Source: a virus
Lineage: Duplodnaviria; Caudoviricetes
Reading direction: 5' to 3' (one strand)
IMG/VR virus record: IMGVR_UViG_3300037424_000758
Coordinates: 1 to 36,992 of that record
Length of the DNA stretch: 36,992 nucleotides
Shown: in pieces, positions 24,347 through 34,140 of the stretch
Layout of the letters: every line of letters starts with the position of its first letter
How positions within the stretch are numbered: position 1 is the stretch's first letter
Position numbers and translations under genes: made by a program
The notes under the pieces: model-generated
Told to the model about the DNA's origin: nothing
The model's database searches: none
The model's input: the letters and a program-made list of their open reading frames with translations, nothing else

Positions 24347-24768
24347 TCGTACTCGATCGCACCGCGCATACCCCATGGGGCACCTTCGGCACCCTGCGCC
24401 TGCCGGACGGCACCGCGTTCCCCACCATCGAGCGCCGTTGGGAATACAACGCCAAAGGCAAAAGCTGCATCCCGGCCGGCACCTACGAAATGCGCCAGCG
24501 TGCCAGCGCCATGGTCTACCGCACCAGCGGCAACCTGTTCCACCAGGGGTGGGAGATCACCGGCGTCAAGGATCGCAGCCTGATCATGATCCACCCCGGC
24601 AACTGGTCCAGCGACAGCAACGGCTGCGTGCTGGTCGGCCGCGCGCATGCCGTCGTCAAAGGCATTCCAGGCGTCACCTCCAGCCGCCCCGCATTCGAAG
24701 ATCTGATGCGCAGGCTGTCGACGCGCGACACCTGGCAGATCACCATCCGCTGGACCACACCCGAATAA
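24343..24768 (+). CDS. DUF5675-family putative endolysin
   Basis: GTFGTL...SCIPAGTY...IMIHPGN...DSNGCVLVG. Confidence 0.8.
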   Translation: MIVLDRTAHTPWGTFGTLRLPDGTAFPTIERRWEYNAKGKSCIPAGTYEMRQRASAMVYRTSGNLFHQGWEITGVKDRSLIMIHPGNWSSDSNGCVLVGRAHAVVKGIPGVTSSRPAFEDLMRRLSTRDTWQITIRWTTPE

Positions 24769-24794
24769 CCGCAAACCGTGAGACGCCACAGAAC

Positions 24795-25322
24795 ATGACC
24801 ACACGCCGCATCACCACCACCACCGAGCCGGTCACCGCGGCGGACGTGAAGACGCTGCTGCCGCTTACCGGCACCGACTTCGACACCCGCATCGCGCTCT
24901 TGATCCCCGCGCTGCGGCTGCAGGCCGAGCAGATCACCCAGCGCGCGCTGGCCGTGTCCACCTGGCAGCTCAAGCTCGACGCCTTCCCGGACAACGAAAT
25001 CCGCCTGCTGTGGCCGCCGATCACGGCAATCTCGTCCATCACCTACGTCGACATCAACGGCGACACCCAGACCCTCGATTCGTCCGCCTACTCGCTCGAC
25101 TCCCACAGCGAGCCCGGCTGGGTACTGCCGGCCACGGGAACCGACTGGCCGGAAACCTACGACACCGCCAACGCCGTCACCGTCAACTACACCGCTGGCT
25201 ACGGCGCCGACGCCCCCGAGGCGGTCAAGCTGTGGATCGCCGCCATGATCCGCGCCGACCTCGACGGCGCCGAGCCGGGCGCCATCGACGGCCTGCTCGA
25301 CAACCTGAAGGTCTACGCCTGA
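24795..25322 (+). CDS. Head-tail adaptor protein
   Basis: EPVTAADVK...AEQITQRAL...VTVNYTAGYG. Confidence 0.85.
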   Translation: MTTRRITTTTEPVTAADVKTLLPLTGTDFDTRIALLIPALRLQAEQITQRALAVSTWQLKLDAFPDNEIRLLWPPITAISSITYVDINGDTQTLDSSAYSLDSHSEPGWVLPATGTDWPETYDTANAVTVNYTAGYGADAPEAVKLWIAAMIRADLDGAEPGAIDGLLDNLKVYA

Positions 25323-25666
25323 TGGCCGTCCCGCGCCCTGTCTACAACAAGGCCGTCGCCCTGCAAAGCCCGGGCGGCACGCAGTCGGCCACCACCGGCG
25401 AGCGCACCACCACCTGGACCACCGTGGCCACCGTGTGGGCCGACATCAGCCCGCTGTCCGTGCGCGACATGCTCGCCGCCGGCCAGATGCAAAGCGAAGT
25501 CAGCCACCGCGTCAAGGTGCGCTATTCCAGCACCATCGCCGCCATCGACGCCAGCTGGCGCGTGCTGTACGGCAGCCGCGTGCTCGTCATCAGCGGCGTG
25601 CGCAACCTGGAAGAAGACAGCCGCGTGATCGAACTGATCTGCGGGGAAGGGATGCGGGAAGAATGA
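25322..25666 (+). CDS. Head closure protein
   Basis: WTTVATVWADISPLS...HRVKVRY. Confidence 0.85.
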   Translation: MAVPRPVYNKAVALQSPGGTQSATTGERTTTWTTVATVWADISPLSVRDMLAAGQMQSEVSHRVKVRYSSTIAAIDASWRVLYGSRVLVISGVRNLEEDSRVIELICGEGMREE

Positions 25667-26010
25667 GCTTCACCTCCGACATCATCAGCGCGCTGTCCGG
25701 CGTGGCCAGCGGCCGCGTGTATCCGCACGTCGCGCCGGAAGGCAGCGCCTATCCGCTGGTCAACTACCGCATCCTCGGCGCCGAGCCCATCGTCACCATC
25801 GATGGCACCCTGCACGCCACCGACTACCAGGTGGCGTTCGAATGCTGGGGCACCACCTACGCCAGCGCGCTCGATACCGCCGCCGCCGTGCGCGCCGCAA
25901 TCGCCGCCAGCAGCATGCGCTACGCCCGCATCGCCGAATCCGGCGAAGAGTACGACCCGCCCGCCGACTCCTACATGGAGCCGGTATATTTCGAATTTAC
26001 CTACCCCTGA
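25663..26010 (+). CDS. Tail terminator (DUF3168-like)
   Basis: GRVYPHVAPEGSAYPLVNY; position before tail tube gene. Confidence 0.8.
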   Translation: MSFTSDIISALSGVASGRVYPHVAPEGSAYPLVNYRILGAEPIVTIDGTLHATDYQVAFECWGTTYASALDTAAAVRAAIAASSMRYARIAESGEEYDPPADSYMEPVYFEFTYP

Positions 26011-26027
26011 TTTAACGCTTTTCAACC

Positions 26028-26052
26028 AACCGCCCGCTGGGCGGTTTTTTTT
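26028..26052 (+). terminator. Intrinsic terminator
   Basis: AACCGCCC-GCT-GGGCGGTTTTTTTT. Confidence 0.8.
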
Positions 26053-26076
26053 CGTCTGTAAAAAAGGAGAAACACC

Positions 26077-26736
26077 ATGGCAACAGTTCGCAAATGGTCC
26101 GGTGTGGCGGTTGCCATGCAATCCGCCCTGGGCGCCGACAAAACCATCACCGCCATCGCCGTTGGCGCCACCGCCACCGTCACCGCCACGCACGACTTCA
26201 GTGCCGGCGACTACGTCGTGTTCGACGTGCTGGGCATGCATCAGGTCAACGGCCGCGTGTTCCGCGTGCTGTCCGTGTCGACCACGGTTTCGTTCGTGAT
26301 CGAAGGCACCGGCTCCGCCAGCCTGGACACCAGCGATTTCGACGCCTTCACCTCGGGCACCTGCAACAAGGTCACCTTCGGCACCTCGATCACCACCGCC
26401 ACCACCATGTCGGCCAGCGGCGGCGACTTCGATTTCATCGATACCACCACCATTCACGCAAACGTCAAGACGCAGATCCCGGGCACCGCCAACCCGCTAT
26501 CCTACAGCTTCGACAACCTGTGGGATGCGGCCGACGCCGGCCAGATCGCCATGAAAGCGGCATCCGATGATCAGGTCCAGCGCGCTTTCAAGTTCACCTT
26601 CGGCACCGGAGGCCCGATCATGGTCTTCAACGGCTACGTCGGCTACACCGGCGCACCCACCGGCAGCGCGCAGGACAAAGTTGTCTCCCCGGCCGCCATC
26701 ACGGCGTTCGGCAGCCCGGCGTACTACGCGAGCTGA
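26077..26736 (+). CDS. Major tail tube protein
   Basis: Strong RBS; SASGGDFDFID...QIPG...FNGYVG pattern; position. Confidence 0.85.
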   Translation: MATVRKWSGVAVAMQSALGADKTITAIAVGATATVTATHDFSAGDYVVFDVLGMHQVNGRVFRVLSVSTTVSFVIEGTGSASLDTSDFDAFTSGTCNKVTFGTSITTATTMSASGGDFDFIDTTTIHANVKTQIPGTANPLSYSFDNLWDAADAGQIAMKAASDDQVQRAFKFTFGTGGPIMVFNGYVGYTGAPTGSAQDKVVSPAAITAFGSPAYYAS

Positions 26737-26741
26737 TACCC

Positions 26742-27071
26742 ATGAGCCTGATCGACAAAATCCGCAAGGCCCGCGAAACCACCGTCGAGGCCGCCGGCAA
26801 GCCGTTCACCATCCGGCGGCCCACCGACGAGGAGGCGCTCCAATTTCGACACCTCACCCTGATCGAGGTCGTCAAGCGCTTCACCATCGGCTGGGACGTC
26901 GTCGAGCTTGACCTCATCCCGGGCGGCGGCCCGGAGAAAGTGCCGTTCGATTCAGACCTGTTCACCGAGTGGGTTGTCGACCGGCCGGAATTCTGGGTCC
27001 CGCTAGGAAACGCGATCAAGGATGCCTACAAGGCCCACGCCGACAAGCGGGATGCCGCCGTAAAAAACTGA
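26742..27071 (+). CDS. Tail assembly chaperone (G-like)
   Basis: Between tube and tape measure genes; ends in a slippery site. Confidence 0.8.
   Translation: MSLIDKIRKARETTVEAAGKPFTIRRPTDEEALQFRHLTLIEVVKRFTIGWDVVELDLIPGGGPEKVPFDSDLFTEWVVDRPEFWVPLGNAIKDAYKAHADKRDAAVKN
27062..27068 (+). other. Programmed -1 frameshift site A AAA AAC
   Basis: GTA AAA AAC TGA; the -1 frame stays open to 27274. Confidence 0.8.
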
Positions 27072-27274
27072 CCGCCTGGCTGGAACAAACGCAGCATCCC
27101 GTCCAGCCAGGCGCCTGCCCGTCTCCCATCGCCCTGCAAATCTGGAACCAGTTGCGCAGCATCGACTGGCCGGCCATCGACATCCTGGCCGAGATCCACG
27201 GCTGCAGCCAGCCCGAAATCCTCATCGCCGAACTGCTGTCGATCCGCAACTTCATGGAGTCGCTGAATGGCTGA
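27068..27274 (+). CDS. Tail assembly chaperone frameshift extension (T-like)
   Basis: Open -1 frame LTAWLEQ...IDWPAI lacking its own good start. Confidence 0.7.
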   Translation: MTAWLEQTQHPVQPGACPSPIALQIWNQLRSIDWPAIDILAEIHGCSQPEILIAELLSIRNFMESLNG

Positions 27275-27779
27275 GTTTCTCAGCATCGAAGGCATTGCCG
27301 ATGCCAAGGCCGCAATCGATGCACTGACCAAGGATCTGCGCCGGCGCGTCGTGCGCGGGGCCCTGCGCGCCGCCGCCAAGCCCATCGTCAACGCCGCGCG
27401 TGCCAACGCGCCGGTCAAGACCGGGCTGGTGCAAAAGCGCATCGGCGTATCGGCCAGCAAGATCAAGAACGGACGTAACGGCGAACTCGGCGTCTACATC
27501 CGCCCGCGCGCCACCAAGCTCGCCCGCAAGACCAAGCTCAAGTCGCAAGACCCGTACTACTACCGCTTCCAGGAGGCCGGCTTCCATGCCGTCGGCAGCC
27601 GCCGCGTGTCCGGCGGACGCCGCGCGCGCGCCGCCAACCTCAATAAAAGCAAGGCCCGCTTCATCCCCGGCAAGGTCTTCCTCGGGCGCGCATTCGCATC
27701 GCAGCAGCGCAACGCCCTGGCCATCTTCCAGGACGCCATCAAGAAACGCATCGATCAAGCCAATCAAAGGAAACCCTGA
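27267..27779 (+). CDS. HK97 gp10-family tail component
   Basis: ARANAPVKTGL...YYRFQEAG...FLGRAF. Confidence 0.85.
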   Translation: MAEFLSIEGIADAKAAIDALTKDLRRRVVRGALRAAAKPIVNAARANAPVKTGLVQKRIGVSASKIKNGRNGELGVYIRPRATKLARKTKLKSQDPYYYRFQEAGFHAVGSRRVSGGRRARAANLNKSKARFIPGKVFLGRAFASQQRNALAIFQDAIKKRIDQANQRKP

Positions 27780-29740
27780 TGGCATTCGCAGCCCTCACCA
27801 TCGATCTGAATGCCAAGCTCGCCAAGTTCGAGCAGGACATGCAGCGCGCCACCAAAAGCCTCGACGGCCTCGACCGCAAGGCCAACGCTGCCGCCGCCGG
27901 CCTGAAAACCGCGTTCGGCGCCCTGGGGGCAACCCTCAGCATCGGCGCACTGGCATCGTTCGCCAAGTCCGGCATCGACGCCGCCGACGCCTTGCAGGAC
28001 ATGAGCAACCGCACCGGCGTCGCCGTCAAGACGCTGGCCGAATACAAACTAGCGGCCGACCAGAGCGACACCAGCCTGGAAAGCCTGTCCAAGGGGATTC
28101 AGAAGCTCACCCTGTCCATCGGCCAGGCCGAGCAAGGCAGCAAGGAACAGGCTAAGGCGCTGCAGAATCTGGGCGTCACCGCGCGCGATCCCAAGCAGGC
28201 ATTCGAGCAGCTGGCCGAATCCGTCGCCAGCAGCAACAATCCGATCAAGACCAACGCCGACCTGCAGAAAGTGCTGGGCAAAAACTACGCCGAACTGCTG
28301 CCGCTGCTGCAGGGCGGTGCGCAGGGGCTGCGTGATTCCGCCGAGGCTTCGAAGACATTCGCCGAGCAGATGGAAAGACTGGCGCCGGACGCAGCCAAGT
28401 TCAACGACCAGCTCGATCTGCTGAAGACCAACGCTGCAGGCGCCTCGGCGACGATTCTGGCTGAACTGGTGCCGGCGCTGAATGAAGTATTCGAGCGGAT
28501 CGGCCTGGTAAAAGACCTGATCGGCGCGGGTGGCCTGTTCAACACGCTGGTCAATACCGCGGGCACCAGCGACCTTGGCGAGGTGATGAGCAGCATCCGC
28601 ACGGAAATCGAACTGACGCAACAGGCCATCGACGGAAAGAAGGCAAGCGGCCGCGACTCCAGCGCCTTCGAGGAAAAGCTGAAGGGGCTGAATGCCCAGC
28701 TTCAGATCCTGATCGAGAACCGCATCAAAGCATTCAACGCCCCGCCAGATACCGAAACTATGCGGCTGATCAAGGCCGACAGGGCGGCATCTGGCGGCGG
28801 CGACACAGGCGCGCAAATCGCCTGCATCTCTGACGGCGGCACCTGGGCAAACGGCAAATGCACGCCCAAGAAAAGCGGCAAGACCATCGACAAGGCATCC
28901 ATCGTCGCCGAAGACCTGGCCTCAGCATGGAAGGAAGCCGACCGCGAGCTGAAGCAGTACATTGATGACGAGCGCTTTATCGCCGAAGGCGATCTCGATC
29001 GCAGCAACGACATCAACGCCATCCAGAAGTCATGGGAGGAGGCGGGGCGGGCGATTGAGGAAGCCATGCGCACTCCGATGGAAAAGGCCAACCTCGAACT
29101 CGGCCGCCTCGACGAAATGCTCGAACGCGGCGTGATCAACTGGGAGACGTATTCACGCGCGGTATTCAACACGTTTGACGCGGTTGAAGACAAGTCCCAA
29201 AAGACGAACGAGTTTGCCAAGGAACTCGGCCTGACGTTTTCTAGCGCGTTCGAAGACGCGGTGGTGGGCGGCAAGAAATTCAGCGACGTGCTTAAGGGCC
29301 TGGCGCAGGACATGCTCCGCATCTTCGCGCGGAAGGCGATAACCGAGCCGCTGGCCAATGCGGCCGGCAGTTGGGCTGCCAGTCTTTTCCCGTCCGCCAA
29401 TGGCAACGTCTTCAGCAGCCCGGCCCTGTCCGCCTATTCCGGCTCGGTCGTTTCCAGCCCTACCGTGTTCCCCTTCGCCAGCGGCATCGGCCTCATGGGC
29501 GAAGCCGGCGCCGAGGCGATCCTGCCGCTCAAGCGCGGACGTGACGGCAAGCTCGGCGTGTCGATGGATGGCGGTGGTGGCGGCGTGGTGATTCAGTACA
29601 ACATCGATGCGCGCGGCGCAGACGTAGGCGTCGAGCAGCGCATCCGCCGTGTGATCAAGGAATCCGAGGATTCCGCGGTCCACCGCTCGGTGCAGCAGGT
29701 GAAAAACCTCAACCAGCGCGGCCAGTTGAGGCTTACCTGA
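27779..29740 (+). CDS. Tail tape measure protein
   Basis: 653-aa Ala-rich helical protein; C-terminal GLMGEAGAEAILPLKRG. Confidence 0.92.
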   Translation: MAFAALTIDLNAKLAKFEQDMQRATKSLDGLDRKANAAAAGLKTAFGALGATLSIGALASFAKSGIDAADALQDMSNRTGVAVKTLAEYKLAADQSDTSLESLSKGIQKLTLSIGQAEQGSKEQAKALQNLGVTARDPKQAFEQLAESVASSNNPIKTNADLQKVLGKNYAELLPLLQGGAQGLRDSAEASKTFAEQMERLAPDAAKFNDQLDLLKTNAAGASATILAELVPALNEVFERIGLVKDLIGAGGLFNTLVNTAGTSDLGEVMSSIRTEIELTQQAIDGKKASGRDSSAFEEKLKGLNAQLQILIENRIKAFNAPPDTETMRLIKADRAASGGGDTGAQIACISDGGTWANGKCTPKKSGKTIDKASIVAEDLASAWKEADRELKQYIDDERFIAEGDLDRSNDINAIQKSWEEAGRAIEEAMRTPMEKANLELGRLDEMLERGVINWETYSRAVFNTFDAVEDKSQKTNEFAKELGLTFSSAFEDAVVGGKKFSDVLKGLAQDMLRIFARKAITEPLANAAGSWAASLFPSANGNVFSSPALSAYSGSVVSSPTVFPFASGIGLMGEAGAEAILPLKRGRDGKLGVSMDGGGGGVVIQYNIDARGADVGVEQRIRRVIKESEDSAVHRSVQQVKNLNQRGQLRLT

Positions 29741-29741
29741 T

Positions 29742-30353
29742 ATGACGATTGCCTATCCCATCACCCTGCCGTCGTCGCCGGCGCCGGCAAGCCTGCGCAT
29801 CTACCCGCGGTCCATCGTTGCGGTGGCGGCGTCGCCGTTCTCCGGCGCGCAGCAGGCCTACCAGCACCCGGCCCAGTTCTGGCAGGCCGACATCACCTTG
29901 CCGCCGATGCGCCGCGCTGATGCCGCGCCGTGGATCGCCGCCATGCTGCAGCTCAACGGCCGCTACGGCACATTCCGCCTCGGCGATGATTCGCACCGCA
30001 CGCCTACCGGCGCCGCCACCGGAACGCCGCTGGTCAAGGGCGTCGGGCAGACCGGGCAATCGCTGATCACCGACGGCTGGACAGCGGGCGTCACAGGCAT
30101 CCTCAAGCAGGGCGACTACATCGAGGTGGCCAACCGGCTCTACATGGTGATGGTCGACGCCAACTCGGACGGCTCCGGAAATGCCACGCTCGACATCTGG
30201 CCGCGCCTGCGCGCCGCCACCATCGATAACGAGGCGATCACCGTGACGAACTGCCGCGGCATCTTCCGCCTGGCCAGCAACGAAATGCCGTGGGACGCGC
30301 GGCCCGGCAGCATCGTCGAGTCGATTTCGTTCACCGCGATCGAGGCGATCTGA
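29742..30353 (+). CDS. Distal tail / minor tail protein
   Basis: Follows tape measure gene; SPFSGAQQ...WQADITLPP. Confidence 0.75.
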   Translation: MTIAYPITLPSSPAPASLRIYPRSIVAVAASPFSGAQQAYQHPAQFWQADITLPPMRRADAAPWIAAMLQLNGRYGTFRLGDDSHRTPTGAATGTPLVKGVGQTGQSLITDGWTAGVTGILKQGDYIEVANRLYMVMVDANSDGSGNATLDIWPRLRAATIDNEAITVTNCRGIFRLASNEMPWDARPGSIVESISFTAIEAI

Positions 30354-30356
30354 GCC

Positions 30357-30917
30357 ATGGGACGCGAACTCACTGCGGGCATGGAAGCCGAGGTCGTCAA
30401 GACTTCGGTGTCGCCGATCTTCCTGGTGGAAATGGATTTTGCCTCCGGTTTCGTGCGTGCGTGGTCAGGCTACGGCGAGTTGTCGTGGAACGGATACACC
30501 TGGCTTGGCGCAGGCGAGCTGATGGAGATCGACCCGGTCGAGGAAACCACCAGCTTCGTCGCCAACGGCGCGAGTTTCAAACTCAACGGCATCCCCAGCG
30601 CAATGGTCTCCATCGCGCTCGACCAGGACTACCAGGGCCGCCCGGCCACGCTCTACCTCGGCATGCTCGATAGCAGCGGCGCCGTCATCACCGACCCGGC
30701 CGAAGTCTACGGCGGGCTCATGGACACCATGGAAGTCGACGACAGCGGCGAGGCCGCGTCGATCATCGTGCGAGTCGAGAGCCACGCGGTGGCGTTGAAG
30801 CGCCCCAAGGAATGGCGCTACACGCACGAGGACCAGCAGATCGACTACCCGGGCGACCTCGGGCTGGAGTACGTCGCCGGCTTGCAAGACAAGGAGATCG
30901 TGTGGAAACCAGCATGA
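30357..30917 (+). CDS. Minor tail (hub-like) protein
   Basis: WNGYTWLGAG...DQQIDYPGDLGLEYV. Confidence 0.75.
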   Translation: MGRELTAGMEAEVVKTSVSPIFLVEMDFASGFVRAWSGYGELSWNGYTWLGAGELMEIDPVEETTSFVANGASFKLNGIPSAMVSIALDQDYQGRPATLYLGMLDSSGAVITDPAEVYGGLMDTMEVDDSGEAASIIVRVESHAVALKRPKEWRYTHEDQQIDYPGDLGLEYVAGLQDKEIVWKPA

Positions 30918-31318
30918 CCCGCCTCGAATACTGGCCGCAGATCCTTGCCGACTTCATGGCTGCCGCAGACCGTCCGTTCGAGTGGGGCGCGTGGGATTGC
31001 GGTTTGTTTTCTGCTGCATGCGTGCAGGCGATGACAGGCGTCGATATTGCCGCCGAGTTCCGCGGCCGCTACAAGACGGCCAAGGGTGCGCGGCGCGTGA
31101 TGCGCGGCACTATGGGCGAGATGATGACGCGCGTGGCGGCAACCTACGGCATGCCCGAGATCCGCCCATCGCTCGCGCAGCGCGGTGACATGGTCATGAT
31201 CGATACGCCGGATGGCGAAGCGCTCGGGATTTGTATTGGTGCGACGATCGCCTGCCTGTCTCCGTTCGGCCTGCTGTTCCTTCCGATGACGCGCGCGCGG
31301 CGCGCCTGGAGGGTCTGA
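30914..31318 (+). CDS. NlpC/P60-like tail-tip assembly protein
   Basis: PFEWGAWDCGLF...AQRGD. Confidence 0.8.
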   Translation: MTRLEYWPQILADFMAAADRPFEWGAWDCGLFSAACVQAMTGVDIAAEFRGRYKTAKGARRVMRGTMGEMMTRVAATYGMPEIRPSLAQRGDMVMIDTPDGEALGICIGATIACLSPFGLLFLPMTRARRAWRV

Positions 31319-34137
31319 TGCCGCCAGTCCTGGCGTATATCGCTGTAACGATCGCGTCGATCACGGTCGAAAGCATCATCGCATTCGTCGTCAAGACCAT
31401 CGTCACCATGGCGGTGAACATGGCGATCTCGGCCGCGTTCAGCAAAAAGCCCAAGGGGGGGCAGGGCGCGTTCTCGAACTACTCGCGCGACCGCACGCTC
31501 ACCGTGCGCCAGCCGGCCGCTCCGCGCCGCGTGATCTACGGCGAGGTCAAGGTCGGCGGCGTGATGGTGTTCCTGCACACCACCGCCAACGACACCAAGC
31601 TTCACCTCATCCAGACGCTGGCCGGGCACGAATGCCAGGCGATCGGCGACGTGTACCTAAACGATGAGGTTGTCCCGCTCGACGGCTCCGGCAACGCCAC
31701 CGGCAAGTACGCCGGCTACGTGCGCATATTCAAGCACCTTGGCAGCGCGTCGCAGACCGCCGACACCACCCTGATCGCGTCGGCGCCGGACAAGTGGACC
31801 ACGGCACACCGGCTGCAGGGCGTGGCCTACCTCTACGTCGAGCTCACCGGCAATGCCGACCTGTTCCCCAACGGGGTGCCGAACGTGTCGGCCATCGTCC
31901 AGGGAAAGAACGACATCTACGACCCGCGCACCGTCACCACAGGATGGAGCGACAACGCCGCGCTGTGCGTGTCCAACTACCTCACCGACAGCAAATACGG
32001 ACTCGGCGTCACCTACGCCAGCCACATCAATGAGACAGACCTGATCGCTGCGGCCAACATCTGCGACGAGGCGGTGGCGCTGACGGCCGGCGGCACCGAG
32101 GCGCGCTATGCCTTGAACGGTTCGTTCGACGCCGGGCAGCCGCCGGAAGACACCATCGGCGAGATGCTGACGGCGATGCACGGCCACTGCGTGCGGCCGG
32201 GGGCTCGCTGGTCGATCCTGGCCGGCGCCTACCGCATGCCGACGATCACGCTCGATGAGGACGACGCGCGCGGGCCGGTCAAGGTCATCCCGCGGGTGTC
32301 GCGGCGCGAGCTGTTCAACGCCGTCAAGGGCCTTTACACCAGCCCGGACAGCCAGTGGCAGCCGGTCGATTTTCCGTCGGTGACGAATGCCACCTACGAA
32401 ACCGAAGACAACGGCGTGCGCATCTGGCGCGACATTTCGCTGCCCTACACGATCAGCGGGCCGACAGCGCAGCGCATCGCCAAGATCGAGCTCGAAAAGG
32501 GCCGCCAGCAGCAAGTGGTGCACTACCCGGCCAAGCTCACTGCGCTGGGGCTGTATGCCGGCGGCACGGTCAAGCTGTCGCTCGCGCGCTTCGGCTGGGT
32601 GGAAAAGGTATTCGAGGTGCTGACATGGCGTTTCGAGGTATACGACGACGCCCAGGGCGAGCCCGCGCTCGGCATCGACCTGGTGCTGCGCGAGACCGCC
32701 AGTGCGAACTACGACTGGTCGAGCGGCGAGGAAACCACGATCGACCCGGCACCGAACACCAACCTGCCGGACGTGTTCACCGTCGCCGCCGTGAGCGGCC
32801 TGGCCTGCGCATCCGGCACAGATCACCTACTGGCCACCGGCGACGGCGGGGTGACGTCGCGCATCTATGTGAGCTGGACGGCGCTTTCCAGCGGCTACGT
32901 CAAGGAATACGAAGTCGAGGGCAAGAAGTCGTCCGACACCGCCTACGTGCCTGCGGCGCTGGTGCGCAGCGGCAGCGAGGCCTATGTCTCTCCGGTTGAC
33001 GACGGCGTCGCATACGACGTGCGCGTGCGCGCGGTCAACTCCGTAGGCGTGCGCGGCGCGTGGGCCTACGTGCTGAGCCACACCGTTGTCGGCAAGACCG
33101 AACCGCCGGCCGAGCCCGATACGTTCACCATCGCGCGGCTGGCCGACGGCACCCGGCGCTATGCGTGGACGCTCGGCACCGTTCCCGCCGACGTGCGCTC
33201 GGGCGGCGGCTACAAAATCCGCTATTACGCCGGCACCACCAGCGACTGGTCGGTGATGACAGACCTGCACACCGGCCTGCTGACATCCAGCCCCCTCGAA
33301 AACAACGAGCTTGCGGCCGGCGCCTACACCTGGGCGATCAAGACGCTGGATTCAAGCGGCAACGAAAGCACCGTGGCCAAGTTCATCAGCGGCACCATCG
33401 GCGACCCGCGCCTGAAAAACGTGCTGCTGCAGCGCATCGAGCAGGATCTCGGCTGGCCCGGTACGCTCACCGGCTGCTTCATCCACGCCAACACCCTGAT
33501 CCCGCTATCGACCACCACCATTGCCGGCCTGCCGGCGACGATTGCGGGCCTTGCGTCGACGATCAACGCGATCGGCACCAACACCGACCCCATCGTCTAT
33601 GAGACGCCCGTTATCGATCTTGGTGCGGACGTCAGCTTCACCCCGCTGGTGACGGTGTACGGCACCGGCACGCCGACCATCACCATGAAGACTGGCACCA
33701 CGGCAGACGGCACAGTGGTCGGCGCCTACGGCGTGTTGGCGCCCGTGGCCGGCACGCGCTACGTGCAGATCAAGGTGAGCATGGCCGATGCCGCCGCGGT
33801 GATCCAGTCGATGACACTGCTGCTCGATGCCGAGACTCAGGTCGACGAATTCGAGGACGTGAACACCGCGACCGAGACCGCCACCTGGTTCGACAACACC
33901 AGCGCCGGCCTCGGCGTGGGGCACTTCCGCATCGGCAGCAAAAGCGGACAGATCAGCAGCATCACCCAGGCCAGCATCGTCGCCCTGCAGGGCGTGGGCG
34001 GCGCATGGACGTGGGAGCTGGTCAACAAGAGCAGCACCGTGGGCGGCGAACCCGCCGCCGAATTCAAAGTCCGCGACGCATCGGGCACGCTCGCCGATGC
34101 ACTCGTCGACGTGATGATCAAAGGACCAAAGGTATAA
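31318..34137 (+). CDS. Tail tip / central fibre protein (J-like, with FN3-like domains)
   Basis: 939 aa; RRVIYGEVKVGG, IYDPR, DNAALC, YDVRVRAVN. Confidence 0.88.
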   Translation: MPPVLAYIAVTIASITVESIIAFVVKTIVTMAVNMAISAAFSKKPKGGQGAFSNYSRDRTLTVRQPAAPRRVIYGEVKVGGVMVFLHTTANDTKLHLIQTLAGHECQAIGDVYLNDEVVPLDGSGNATGKYAGYVRIFKHLGSASQTADTTLIASAPDKWTTAHRLQGVAYLYVELTGNADLFPNGVPNVSAIVQGKNDIYDPRTVTTGWSDNAALCVSNYLTDSKYGLGVTYASHINETDLIAAANICDEAVALTAGGTEARYALNGSFDAGQPPEDTIGEMLTAMHGHCVRPGARWSILAGAYRMPTITLDEDDARGPVKVIPRVSRRELFNAVKGLYTSPDSQWQPVDFPSVTNATYETEDNGVRIWRDISLPYTISGPTAQRIAKIELEKGRQQQVVHYPAKLTALGLYAGGTVKLSLARFGWVEKVFEVLTWRFEVYDDAQGEPALGIDLVLRETASANYDWSSGEETTIDPAPNTNLPDVFTVAAVSGLACASGTDHLLATGDGGVTSRIYVSWTALSSGYVKEYEVEGKKSSDTAYVPAALVRSGSEAYVSPVDDGVAYDVRVRAVNSVGVRGAWAYVLSHTVVGKTEPPAEPDTFTIARLADGTRRYAWTLGTVPADVRSGGGYKIRYYAGTTSDWSVMTDLHTGLLTSSPLENNELAAGAYTWAIKTLDSSGNESTVAKFISGTIGDPRLKNVLLQRIEQDLGWPGTLTGCFIHANTLIPLSTTTIAGLPATIAGLASTINAIGTNTDPIVYETPVIDLGADVSFTPLVTVYGTGTPTITMKTGTTADGTVVGAYGVLAPVAGTRYVQIKVSMADAAAVIQSMTLLLDAETQVDEFEDVNTATETATWFDNTSAGLGVGHFRIGSKSGQISSITQASIVALQGVGGAWTWELVNKSSTVGGEPAAEFKVRDASGTLADALVDVMIKGPKV

Positions 34138-34140
34138 ATC

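Noticed and set aside
9400-27000. Apparent G-rich to C-rich strand skew change from early-right to late genes
   Set aside because: Only a visual impression that cannot be quantified here and may reflect codon preference
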